Assembly: GCA_913055655.1 (NCBI GenBank)
Contig: CAJXKA010000001.1
Coordinates: forward strand, 680,842 to 744,841
DNA length: 64,000 nt
Direction: 5' to 3'
Origin: an uncultured Oceanospirillales bacterium
Lineage (GTDB): Bacteria > Pseudomonadota > Gammaproteobacteria > Xanthomonadales > SZUA-36
The notes beneath the pieces are model-generated. The model made no database searches. It was not told where the DNA came from and was given only the letters and a program-made list of their open reading frames with translations. Positions 8,878 through 19,202 of this stretch are shown here, piece by piece (the stretch's first letter is position 1; every line of letters begins with the position of its first letter). Both the position numbers and the translations under genes were made by a program.

Positions 8878-10800
8878 ATGCTGCAATCCATTCGCGACCG
8901 CCTTACCGGCATTCTGGCCTTCGTCATCCTCGGCATTCTGGTCATCCCGTTTGCCTTCGTGGGCGTCAACAGCTACTTCAGCTCCGGTGAGGGCAACCTG
9001 GTGGCCCTGGTCAATGACCAGGAAATCACTTTCAACGAATTCAACCAGAGTTTCCTGGACTACCGCCGTAGGCTGCAGATGCAGCTGGGCGACGCGTTTG
9101 ACGCCTCGCGCTTTGACGGCGACGTGGCGCGCCGTGAGCACCTGGACCAGATGATCGACGAGGCCCTGCTGCGACAGGTGGCGAGTGACCTCGATTTTTC
9201 CGTCGATGACGAGCGCCTGGCGCAGCAGATTCGCGAGATCCAGGCCTTCCAGGTGGACGGGCAGTTCAACGCCGATGTGTACCAGTCGCGCCTGACGGCC
9301 GTCGGCCAGACGCCGCAGCAGTTCGAGGCGCAGTTGCGCGCCGACCTGGCCGTCAGCCAGATGCCGAATGGCATCCGGGTGAGCAGCTTCGCCACTGATC
9401 GGGAGGTACGTGAATTCATCGCGCTTTCCGAGCAGCAGCGGACATTCGACACCATCATGGTGCCGGCGCGGGCGGATGCCGTTGACGCGACATTCGACGA
9501 CGCCGCGATCCAGGCCTGGTACGAGGACAACAGCGAGTCTTTCCGTTCACCGGAGCAGGTCGTCATCGAGTACCTGGAGCTCGATTCATCGGCCGTCGAA
9601 GCCGGCGAGCCGCCGAATGACGATGTCCTGCGCGAACAGTTCGAGTCGCAGAAGAACCGTTTTATGACGCCGGAGCAGCGTCGTGTTGCCCATGTGCTGA
9701 TCGAAGTGACGCCGGATGCCGGCGAAGCCGCGGTGGAAACCGCCCGCGAACAGGCCGAGGCGATTGCCGAGCGCGCCCGCGCCGGTGAGGATTTCGCCGT
9801 GCTGGCGGAAGAGAATTCCGACGACATCGGTTCCGCTTCCATGGGCGGTGACCTGGGCTTTATCGAGCCGGGCGTGATGGTCGAGGCGTTCGAGAACGCC
9901 GTTTATGAACTCAGCGAAGAGAATCCCGTTTCCGACCCGGTGCAGACCGGTTTCGGCTGGCACGTGATCAAGCTGACCGAGGTGCGCGAGGCCAGCGGCC
10001 AGTCCTTCGAGGAAGCCCGCGAGACCCTGCTGGCCGAGTTCCGCGAGGACGAGGTCGACCGCGCCTTCCTGGGCCTGGCAGACCGCATGGTGGACGTGAT
10101 CTACGAGGACCCGACCACGCTGGAAGCCGCGGCGCTGGACCTGGGCCTGGACGTGCAGACCACCGGACCGTTCAGCCGCTCAGGCGGCGAGGGCATCGCG
10201 GCCAACCCCGAGGTCGTGGAAGCCGCGTTTTCCGACCTGGTGCTGTTGCAGGGTTCCGTCAGTGACCCGATCGAACTCGACGCGCACCATATCGTCATGA
10301 TCCGCTTGGCCGAGCACCTGCCGGCGGCGATCCGTCCTCTGGACGAGGTCCGCGAAGAGGTGATCGCCGGCCTGCGCGCCGACCAGGCCAGCGAAGAGGC
10401 GAAGGCCCAGGCCGAGGCGTTGCTGGCGTCCTACGAGTCGGGCGCCTCCCTGGAAGACCTCGCCACCGGCGCCGGCCTTGAAGTGGAAGTGGTGGAGAAC
10501 GCCGGTCGCCGCCAGGTGACCCCGGATCCAGTGCTGGTCGGCAACGTGTTCAAGCTGCCGCGGCCTGCCGAGGGTGAAGCCGTCAATTCCGTCGTGGAAA
10601 GCGCTGACGGTTACGCGCTGGTCTCGCTGAACGCCGTCAACGACGGTGTGCTCGACGAGGACAATCCGCTGGCCCGCCGCCAGGCACGCATGATGATGGC
10701 CAATACCTCGGCCAGTCACGAGGCCTGGGCGCTGGTTCGCCAGCTGCGCGAGGCGGCGGACATCGAGATCTTCGAGGACAACCTCAGAACCAGCCGCTAG
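8878..10800 (+). CDS. ppiD: Periplasmic chaperone / peptidyl-prolyl isomerase PpiD
   Basis: N-terminal TM anchor, SurA-like N domain, and a PpiC-type domain (GGDLGFIEPG...GWHVIKL). Conserved position after hupB. Confidence 0.9.
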   Translation: MLQSIRDRLTGILAFVILGILVIPFAFVGVNSYFSSGEGNLVALVNDQEITFNEFNQSFLDYRRRLQMQLGDAFDASRFDGDVARREHLDQMIDEALLRQVASDLDFSVDDERLAQQIREIQAFQVDGQFNADVYQSRLTAVGQTPQQFEAQLRADLAVSQMPNGIRVSSFATDREVREFIALSEQQRTFDTIMVPARADAVDATFDDAAIQAWYEDNSESFRSPEQVVIEYLELDSSAVEAGEPPNDDVLREQFESQKNRFMTPEQRRVAHVLIEVTPDAGEAAVETAREQAEAIAERARAGEDFAVLAEENSDDIGSASMGGDLGFIEPGVMVEAFENAVYELSEENPVSDPVQTGFGWHVIKLTEVREASGQSFEEARETLLAEFREDEVDRAFLGLADRMVDVIYEDPTTLEAAALDLGLDVQTTGPFSRSGGEGIAANPEVVEAAFSDLVLLQGSVSDPIELDAHHIVMIRLAEHLPAAIRPLDEVREEVIAGLRADQASEEAKAQAEALLASYESGASLEDLATGAGLEVEVVENAGRRQVTPDPVLVGNVFKLPRPAEGEAVNSVVESADGYALVSLNAVNDGVLDEDNPLARRQARMMMANTSASHEAWALVRQLREAADIEIFEDNLRTSR

Positions 10801-10819
10801 GGTTACGCTTCGTGGACCG

Positions 10820-10933
10820 TCCCTGGGGAGGGGGTTGCCTTTCCCGGGGAACGCTGTGAACCCATCCATGGGCGCTTATCGGCGGCATCCCTGCCGCCGA
10901 AATCCCCGGGAAAGGCAACCCCCTCCCCGGGGA
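10820..10933. repeat. Nested palindromic element, copy A (about 114 nt)
   Basis: 30-nt arms at 10820-10850 and 10903-10933 are near-perfect reverse complements. The core carries CGGCGGCATCCCTGCCGCCG and matches the cores of copies B and C in reverse orientation. Confidence 0.85.
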
Positions 10934-10971
10934 CTGCCGCGCTGCGGGCCGTGAGGTTGGGATGCATTTTG

Positions 10972-11000
10972 AAAAACGCCGCCAAATTGGCGGCGTTTTT
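10972..11000. terminator. Bidirectional rho-independent terminator
   Basis: AAAAACGCCGCC-AAAT-TGGCGGCGTTTTT: 8-bp GC stem with an A-run and a T-run. Confidence 0.6.
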
Positions 11001-11089
11001 GGTTGTGTGACTGCCGACCGGGCGGCCGCGACGGCTGTTCTGATCTCAGCGCAGTAAGGGCGACCCGGCGGGCGGCGATGGGGTGTCGT

Positions 11090-11198
11090 GGGATCGGGGC
11101 GATTGCCTGGACAGGGGCCTTCGGCGGCAGGGATGCCGCCGATGAGCGCCCATGGACGGGTTTATAGCGTGCCCCTGGCCAGGTAATCGTCCCGATCC
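11090..11198. repeat. Nested palindromic element, copy B (about 109 nt)
   Basis: Arms GGGATCGGGGCGATTGCCTGGACAGGGG / CCCCTGGCCAGGTAATCGTCCCGATCC. Core: TCGGCGGCAGGGATGCCGCCGATGAGCGCCCATGGACGGGTTTATAGCG. Confidence 0.8.
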
Positions 11199-11216
11199 GC
11201 TGGCAGCCACGCGGCG

Positions 11217-12011
11217 TCAGTCGTCGCCGGACATTTCCGGCATGCCCAGGATGTTATAGCCCGCGTCCACGTAGGTGACTTCGCCGGTCACGCCCGACGC
11301 CAGGTCGGAACACATGAACGCGGCCACGTTGCCGACTTCCACCGGGGTGATGGTGCGGCGCATGGGCGCGGTGCGTTCCACGTGGTCAAGAATCTTGCGG
11401 AAGCTGCCGATGCCCGATGCCGCCAGGGTCTTGATGGGACCGGCGGAAATGGCGTTGACGCGGTGGCCTTCCGGGCCCAGCGCCTGCGCCATGTAGCGCA
11501 CATTGGCTTCCAGGCTGGCCTTGGCCAGGCCCATGACGTTGTAGTTCGGCAGCGAGCGCAGGGAGCCCAGGTAGGTGAGGGTCATCAGTGCGCCGTTGCG
11601 CCCGGCCATCAGCGGCCGGCCGGCCTTGGCCAGCGCCGCGAAGCTGTAGGACGAAATATCGTGCGCGATCTGGAAACCCTCGCGGGTGACGGCGTCCAGG
11701 TAGTTGCCGGACAGCTGTTCACGCGGCGCGAAGCCGACCGAGTGCACCAGGATGTCGTAGCTGTCCCAGTGTTTCGCCAGGCCATCGTAGACCGCATCGA
11801 TCTCGGCATCGCTGGCCACATCACAGGGCAGCACGATATCGGATTCGCATTCCTCTGCGATCTTCTGCACGCGCGACTGCAGCTTTTCGTTCTGGTAGGT
11901 GAACGCCAGCTCGGCGCCCTGGGCACGCATCTGCGTGGCAATGCCCCAGGCAATGGAGCGGGGGCTGGCCACCCCAACAATCAACGCACGTTTACCCGCA
12001 AGAAATCCCAT
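11217..12011 (-). CDS. fabI: Enoyl-ACP reductase (NADH) FabI
   Basis: 264 aa: [23 protein letters not shown]... with the Y-x6-K active-site context [15 protein letters not shown]. Confidence 0.95.
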   Translation of the reverse strand: MGFLAGKRALIVGVASPRSIAWGIATQMRAQGAELAFTYQNEKLQSRVQKIAEECESDIVLPCDVASDAEIDAVYDGLAKHWDSYDILVHSVGFAPREQLSGNYLDAVTREGFQIAHDISSYSFAALAKAGRPLMAGRNGALMTLTYLGSLRSLPNYNVMGLAKASLEANVRYMAQALGPEGHRVNAISAGPIKTLAASGIGSFRKILDHVERTAPMRRTITPVEVGNVAAFMCSDLASGVTGEVTYVDAGYNILGMPEMSGDD

Positions 12012-12090
12012 TCAACTCATCCTTCTTCGATCAGGTTAAGACTGCCGCAATCATACACGCATTCCCAGATATGAAGTCGCAACGACGCAG

Positions 12091-12202
12091 TCCCCGGGCT
12101 GGGATTGCCTGACCCGGGGATTTCGGCGGCAGGGAAGCCGCCGATAAGCGTACACGGATGTATTCACAGTGCTCCCCGGGACAGGCAATCCCAGCCCGGG
12201 GA
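12091..12202. repeat. Nested palindromic element, copy C (about 112 nt)
   Basis: Arms TCCCCGGGCTGGGATTGCCTGACCCGGGGA / CTCCCCGGGACAGGCAATCCCAGCCCGGGGA. The core TTTCGGCGGCAGGGAAGCCGCCGATAAGCG... is homologous to copies A and B. Confidence 0.85.
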
Positions 12203-12225
12203 CGGTCGACGGAGCGGCGCCGCCC

Positions 12226-13566
12226 TCAGCGCGCGTAGGTGAGCGGCTGCGCCGCCCCATGCTCGATGACGTTGGTGCCGTCGAAAGCCAGCGCACCGTT
12301 CACCCACACCGAGTCGATGTGGCTGGAGAAAGTCCGGCCCGCGAACGGTGACCAGCCCACCTTGGACAGGGCGCGGTCGTTCGTGATCGTGGTCGGGGTT
12401 TCCAGGTCGACCAGCACCAGGTCGGCGGCATAGCCTTCGCGCAGGAAGCCGCGGTTTTCGACTTCGAAGCGCACGCCGGGATTGTGGGCGATCTTGGTGA
12501 TGACCTCGGCCAGTTCCAGGTGGCCCTGGTGCGCCAGTTCAAGGCTGGCCAGCAGCACGTCCTGCACCAGCGGCAGGCCCGATGGGGCCTTGCGGTAGTC
12601 GGTCAGGGCCTTTTCCTCGCTGGTGTGCGGCGCGTGGTCGGTGGCCAGGATGTCGATGCGGCCCTCGCGCAGGCCGGCCAGCAGGCCTTCCATGTCCGCG
12701 CGTGTCTTGACCGCGGGGTTGCACTTGATCAGGTTGCCGAGGGTGGGATAGTCATCGGCGCAGAAGTGCAGGAAATGGATGCAGGTTTCCGCGGTGATCT
12801 GCTTGCCGGCCATTGGCCCCGGTTCAAAGAGTTCGAGCTCTTTGGCGGTTGTCAGGTGCAGCACGTGCAGGCGGGCGCCGTGCTCCCGGGCCAGGCTGAC
12901 GGCTTTCTCCGAGGAGGCATAGCAGGCGGCCTCGCTGCGAATGTTCGGGTGCTCCTCGATCGGGATCTCATCGCCATATTTCGCCAGCGCCTTCTCAAGG
13001 TTGGCCTGGATCATCGGCGTGGATTCGCAGTGCGTGGAGATGGGTACGCGACAGTCACGGAACATCAGCGCCAGGGTGTCGTCGTCGTCGACCAGCATGT
13101 TGCCGGTGGACGCGCCCATGAAAATTTTCAGGCCGCAGACCAGCGAGGTATCCATCGAGCGGATGTCCTCGATGTTGTCGTTGGTGGCGCCGAAATAGAA
13201 GCCCCAGTTCGCCGCGGCGCTCTTCGCGGCAATCGACCGCTTGTTCGCCAGTTCGGCCGCGTTTACGCAGGGTGGCTTGGTGTTGGGCATGTCCATGAAG
13301 CTGGTGACGCCACCGGCGATCGCCGCGCGGGACTCGGTGTGGATATTGGCCTTGTGGGTCATGCCCGGCTCGCGGAAATGCACCTGGTCGTCGATCATGC
13401 CCGGGATCAGGTGACGGCCGGCGGCATCGACCACGGTGGCACCGTCAGGCGCGCTGATTTCACTCGCAATGCGCTCGATGCGCCCGTTCTTCACCAGCAG
13501 GTCGGACTCGAAGACTTCGCCTTCGTTGACGAGGCGGGCGTTGGTGATCAGCGTGGTGTCGGACAT
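12226..13566 (-). CDS. pyrC: Dihydroorotase (class I amidohydrolase type)
   Basis: Start at MSDTTLITNARLVNEG. Metal-binding motif DDQVHFREPG. About 446 aa, cyclic amidohydrolase architecture. Confidence 0.8.
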   Translation of the reverse strand: MSDTTLITNARLVNEGEVFESDLLVKNGRIERIASEISAPDGATVVDAAGRHLIPGMIDDQVHFREPGMTHKANIHTESRAAIAGGVTSFMDMPNTKPPCVNAAELANKRSIAAKSAAANWGFYFGATNDNIEDIRSMDTSLVCGLKIFMGASTGNMLVDDDDTLALMFRDCRVPISTHCESTPMIQANLEKALAKYGDEIPIEEHPNIRSEAACYASSEKAVSLAREHGARLHVLHLTTAKELELFEPGPMAGKQITAETCIHFLHFCADDYPTLGNLIKCNPAVKTRADMEGLLAGLREGRIDILATDHAPHTSEEKALTDYRKAPSGLPLVQDVLLASLELAHQGHLELAEVITKIAHNPGVRFEVENRGFLREGYAADLVLVDLETPTTITNDRALSKVGWSPFAGRTFSSHIDSVWVNGALAFDGTNVIEHGAAQPLTYAR

Positions 13567-13625
13567 TCTGTGGTTTCCTGGTGAGAGAAGGGCGCCGGTC
13601 ATTGTAGCGAAGCGACCAGGAAGCT

Positions 13626-13865
13626 TCAGGGTTCTGTTTCGGGCGCGCCGGATTTTGGTGGCACCGGGTCGATACCGCCCTCACAGAAGGGGTGGCAGCG
13701 GCCGATGCGTTTCACCGCCAGCCAGCCGCCGCGCCAGGCGCCATGCACCTGGATGGCCTCGGTCGCGTAATTCGAACAGCTGGGCGTAAACCGGCAGTGA
13801 TAGCCGACGATGGGGCTGAGGGTCAGCTGGTAGGCGCGGATCAGGGCCAGGAGCAGTCTTTTCAC
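13626..13865 (-). CDS. yidD: Membrane protein insertion efficiency factor YidD
   Basis: [63 protein letters not shown] start chosen by family alignment from memory; an alternative ATG lies at 13919. Confidence 0.75.
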   Translation of the reverse strand: MKRLLLALIRAYQLTLSPIVGYHCRFTPSCSNYATEAIQVHGAWRGGWLAVKRIGRCHPFCEGGIDPVPPKSGAPETEP

Positions 13866-14041
13866 GGGTTCCAGCCTATCGCCGACGTTGAACCAAGGCA
13901 AAAAATACTTGCCCAACATGCACGCTTCGTATATAAAAACGTCCTTTTCTCGTTCAGATTCTACCATCGAACGGGGCAAAAAATAGATATATCAGCGTTT
14001 TACAGGATGTATCTAATAAAATACAGGAGTTATATTCCGCG

Positions 14042-14470
14042 ATGGCAGCATCCAGCACCAAATTGCCAAAGGGTTATTCCCCTTCGCCCAAAGAAGAATA
14101 CATGTCCCCGAAACAGCTGGAATATTTCCGCCAGAAGCTGTTGCAGTGGCGCGATGAACTGATCGAAGAATCACGGGAAACCATCAGCAACCTTCGCGAT
14201 GAAGTGCGCGACGTTGGCGACGAGGCCGAACGCGCCACGCGCGAGACCGAGAACAGCCTCGAGCTGCGCACCCGTGACCGCTACCGCAAGCTGATCAAGA
14301 AAATCGACCAGGCGCTGCACCGCATCGACGAGGGCGAGTACGGCTACTGCGAGGAAACCGGCGAGGAAATCGGCCTGGCACGCCTGGAAGCGCGACCCAT
14401 TGCCACGCTGTGTCTCGACGCCCAGGAACGCTGGGAACTGCGCCAGCGCCAGATGGGCGACAGCCGCTGA
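14042..14470 (+). CDS. dksA: RNA polymerase-binding transcription factor DksA
   Basis: 142 aa; coiled-coil DxxDxA region; C4 zinc finger CEETGEEIGLARLEARPIATLCLDAQ. Confidence 0.95.
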   Translation: MAASSTKLPKGYSPSPKEEYMSPKQLEYFRQKLLQWRDELIEESRETISNLRDEVRDVGDEAERATRETENSLELRTRDRYRKLIKKIDQALHRIDEGEYGYCEETGEEIGLARLEARPIATLCLDAQERWELRQRQMGDSR

Positions 14471-14500
14471 GCCTCGGGACAGTTCAACTGCGTTAACGGA

Positions 14501-14526
14501 AAGCCGGCCATCGCGCCGGCTTTTTC
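14501..14526. terminator. Rho-independent terminator between convergent dksA and sufE
   Basis: AAGCCGGC-CATCGC-GCCGGCTTTTTC. Confidence 0.6.
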
Positions 14527-14534
14527 GTGCCGGT

Positions 14535-14954
14535 TTACCGGTCGGCGACGTCGCTGGCCGCGCCGCGGATGGCGCCCAGCATGGCGTGCAGGCCATTGGC
14601 GCGTGTCGGTGAGAGGTGCTTTGACAGGCCGATGGCGTCGATAAAGAACGGCTCGGTGTCGCGGATCGCCGCCGCCGACGCGCCGGAGTACACCCGGATC
14701 AGCAGGGCGATCAGGCCCGAGACAATGGCCGCGTCGCTGTTGGCGCGAACCGTCATCTGCTTCGCATCGCCGTCAATCACCAGCCAGACCTGCGACTGGC
14801 AGCCGTGCAGCAGGTTGCCCTCCACGCGTTCCTCGGCAGGCAGGGGCTCCAGCTTTCGGCCCAGGTCGATCAGGTACTGGTAACGGTCCAGCCACTCGGG
14901 AAACAGGCTGAACTCGTCGATGATCTCGTCTTGTGCGGTCTTTGGATCGTGCAT
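14535..14954 (-). CDS. sufE: Cysteine desulfuration / sulfur acceptor protein SufE
   Basis: Start at MHDPKTAQDEIIDEF. Conserved active-site context LHGCQSQVWL. 139 aa. Confidence 0.85.
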   Translation of the reverse strand: MHDPKTAQDEIIDEFSLFPEWLDRYQYLIDLGRKLEPLPAEERVEGNLLHGCQSQVWLVIDGDAKQMTVRANSDAAIVSGLIALLIRVYSGASAAAIRDTEPFFIDAIGLSKHLSPTRANGLHAMLGAIRGAASDVADR

Positions 14955-14970
14955 ATCCGGAATATGGGGG

Positions 14971-16350
<1,380 letters not shown>

Positions 16351-16441
16351 GTCTTAGCCTTGCCTTCGGAAAGCGCGTATTCTAACCGCATCGAACCGCC
16401 ACCGTGCGCCGGCGGCACTGTCAAAAAGGAACCGACACGTC

Positions 16442-17761
16442 ATGCCCGTATCCGAATCCATCACCCGACACTACGCCGACCACGTTGCCGCCCAGCAGGT
16501 CGCCTGGGAATCGGCCATGGAGGACGAGGGCTTCGATGCCGTGATCATTCATTCCGGCAGCCAGGTCATCAGTTTCCTGGACGACTACCACTACCCGTTC
16601 CGGCCCAATCCGCACTTCCTGGCCTGGTTGCCGCTGACCCGTCATGACGAGTGCGCGCTGGTCATCCGGCCGGGCGAAAAGCCGGTACTGTATTACTACC
16701 AGCCCACCGACTACTGGTACCTGCCACCGTCGGATCCGGATGCCTGGTGGGCCGATCACTTTGATGTACGACCGGTGCGCGAGCCGAATGAATGGCGGAC
16801 CGGTGTGCCGCTGGGCCGCGAAGCCTACATCGGCGACGCGCCGGACCTGGCCGGGGAGGGCGACCTCAACCCGCGCGGGCTGATCACCCGCCTGCACCTG
16901 GCGCGCACCCGCAAAACAGAATACGAACTGGCCTGCATGGCCGAGGCCAACCGCGTGGCCGCCCGTGCCCACCTGGCCGCGGCGGCGGCGTTCCGTGAAG
17001 GGCTGGGCGAATTCGAGATTCACCACCGCTACCTGGACGCCGCGATGTCAGACGACGCGGAGCTGCCGTACGGCAACATCGTCGCGCTGAACGAGCACGC
17101 CGCGGTGCTGCATTACCAGCAGCGCGAGCGCACGCGCCCGGACGACTCGCGTTCCTTCCTGATCGACGCCGGCGCCACCATGCACGCCTACTGTTCGGAC
17201 ATCACCCGCACCTGGGCGCGTGAGCCGGGCGAATTCGCCGACATGATCGACGCCATGGACGCGTTGCAGCTGGGCCTGTGCGAGGCGATGTGGGCCGGGG
17301 CCGATTACCGCAACCTGCACCTGCGCGCGCACCTGGATATCGCTGGCGTGCTGTCGGAATTCGGCGTCATCAATGTCGATGCCCAGACCGCGGTCGAAAG
17401 TGGCCTGTCATCGGTATTTTTCCCGCATGGGCTCGGCCATTACATTGGCCTGCAGACGCACGACGTGGCGGGGCTGATTGCCGACGAACGGGGGATCGAG
17501 ATCCCGCGCCCGAAGGGACACCCGTTCCTGCGCCTGACCCGGGTGCTGGAGCCGGGCAATGTCGTCACCGTGGAGCCGGGCCTGTATTTCATTCCCGTGC
17601 TGCTGGACCAGTGGCGTGCCACCGGCGACGTGGCCGCGATCAACTGGGACAAGGTCGAAGCACTGTCGCCCTATGGCGGTATTCGCGTGGAAGATAACGT
17701 GGTGGTGACCACGGCGGAGCCGGTGAACCTGACGCGCCCCGCGTTCGAGGCGGCGGGCTGA
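16442..17761 (+). CDS. pepQ: Xaa-Pro dipeptidase
   Basis: 439 aa; M24B metallopeptidase motifs (DAGA..Y.SDITRT, HGLGHYIGLQTHD, VEPGLY, IRVEDNV). Confidence 0.9.
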   Translation: MPVSESITRHYADHVAAQQVAWESAMEDEGFDAVIIHSGSQVISFLDDYHYPFRPNPHFLAWLPLTRHDECALVIRPGEKPVLYYYQPTDYWYLPPSDPDAWWADHFDVRPVREPNEWRTGVPLGREAYIGDAPDLAGEGDLNPRGLITRLHLARTRKTEYELACMAEANRVAARAHLAAAAAFREGLGEFEIHHRYLDAAMSDDAELPYGNIVALNEHAAVLHYQQRERTRPDDSRSFLIDAGATMHAYCSDITRTWAREPGEFADMIDAMDALQLGLCEAMWAGADYRNLHLRAHLDIAGVLSEFGVINVDAQTAVESGLSSVFFPHGLGHYIGLQTHDVAGLIADERGIEIPRPKGHPFLRLTRVLEPGNVVTVEPGLYFIPVLLDQWRATGDVAAINWDKVEALSPYGGIRVEDNVVVTTAEPVNLTRPAFEAAG

Positions 17762-17762
17762 G

Positions 17763-18386
17763 TCAATCGCCGGGGATCTCGTCGTCCAGGCCCAGGCCGC
17801 GCAGCCGGTCGACCGACATCTCGCCGGCGGGGCCATGATTCCAGATGTTGGCGCGCGCGGCCAGGTGCCGCTGCTTGTCGACGCTGGCCATGGCCTTTAC
17901 GGCGTCCATTACTTCCGCGTCGCTGATGGCGCGCGACACGAACCGGTCGAGTTCGCCGGTGTAGGGCTCGCCAATCACCTGGCGCATCATCCGGTTGGCC
18001 GCGGAAAGGTCATCGGGAAACATGTGCTTGCCGGTCTGCAGGCGGTAGTGGTCGGAAAACACCTGCAAGGTGGTCAGTGAGCAGTAGGCGTCATCCAGCA
18101 GGCCGATGATGCCCAGGTGGTCGGGGATGATGTCCTCGTCCTGGGCCCAGTACAGGGTGACCGTGTCCAGGATGCGGGCCATCTGTTCCTCCAGCCCCAC
18201 GTTGGCGGCGGCGGTGATCGCCACTTTCAGCATGTAGGGCACCTGTTCGATATAACCCAGCACAAAGCGGGCGCCGCTGGCGAGTTCGACCTCATCCGGT
18301 ATTGCGCCGTTGCGCTCGGCGACCACGGCCAGCAGGTCATGCAGGTCCGCCGCGGCGTGTTCATCGCCGCAGGTTTCCGCGATCAT
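17763..18386 (-). CDS. Hypothetical acidic protein
   Basis: ORF with good coding look. Start chosen at MIAETCGDEH. The motif DIIPDHLGIIGLLDD is weakly reminiscent of DUF1232. No confident family assignment. Confidence 0.5.
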   Translation of the reverse strand: MIAETCGDEHAAADLHDLLAVVAERNGAIPDEVELASGARFVLGYIEQVPYMLKVAITAAANVGLEEQMARILDTVTLYWAQDEDIIPDHLGIIGLLDDAYCSLTTLQVFSDHYRLQTGKHMFPDDLSAANRMMRQVIGEPYTGELDRFVSRAISDAEVMDAVKAMASVDKQRHLAARANIWNHGPAGEMSVDRLRGLGLDDEIPGD

Positions 18387-18523
18387 GGATTCGATGCCAG
18401 AAATGTCCAAGCGCTGGACCCCCTCTTGCCTGCGGGGGAGTTTCGGTGATTTGGCCGATGACCACAAGTACACGCGAACGTGATTCACGTTAAAATGCGC
18501 GGTCGTTCCGGGGAGGTCTGGTC

Positions 18524-19126
18524 TTGCTCATCCTGTCTGTCGTCGCCCTGTTCGCGGGGCCCCTGCTGTACCAGTGGCTGCGCGCCGGTGGCCGGCTGGC
18601 GAAAACCGTCGACCGCCTGTTGGTGGCGGTGCTGGTCGCGCTGGTGGTGTTTTTGCTGGTGCCGGAATCGATCGAGGCAATGGGCGTGATTGCGCTGGCG
18701 GTGATGGCGGCAGGTTACCTGGTGCCCGGCTTGCTGGAACTGGCGATTCGGCGGGCGGCGCACGCGTTTCACCTGTTCAGCCTGGCGCTGGCGCTGGCGG
18801 GGCTGGGTATGCACGCGCTGCTGGACGGGGCGGGGCTTGCCAGTGACGGCAGCATGCATTCGCACGGTTCGCTGTCCCTGGCCATCGTGCTGCATCGTTT
18901 CGGTATGGGGCTGGCGCTGTGGATGATGGTGCTGCCGGAGCTGGGTCGCCGCTGGGCGATCGGGGTGCTGCTGGGGATGGCGTTGGCCACCGTGGCGGGG
19001 TACTTCGCGTCCGAGACCCTGGTGCACATGGAGGGTGAAAGCGTGGTGCACGTGCTCCATGCGCTGATCACCGGGGTGATCATTCACAGCCTCGTCCACC
19101 GCGGTCACGTGCATCATTCGCACTGA
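18524..19126 (+). CDS. Polytopic membrane protein, possibly a ZIP-like metal transporter
   Basis: 200 aa; TTG start per the ORF track; 6 or more hydrophobic segments; His-rich motifs (HALLDGAG, HRFGMGLA, C-terminal HRGHVHHSH). Function is inferred weakly. Confidence 0.55.
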   Translation: MLILSVVALFAGPLLYQWLRAGGRLAKTVDRLLVAVLVALVVFLLVPESIEAMGVIALAVMAAGYLVPGLLELAIRRAAHAFHLFSLALALAGLGMHALLDGAGLASDGSMHSHGSLSLAIVLHRFGMGLALWMMVLPELGRRWAIGVLLGMALATVAGYFASETLVHMEGESVVHVLHALITGVIIHSLVHRGHVHHSH

Positions 19127-19202
19127 ATTGTCCGGGGGAGGGAATTTTCCAGCCATGGTGTTGTCCTACAAAGGCAAGCGAGTTTCGCGTGTCTCCCATG
19201 GG

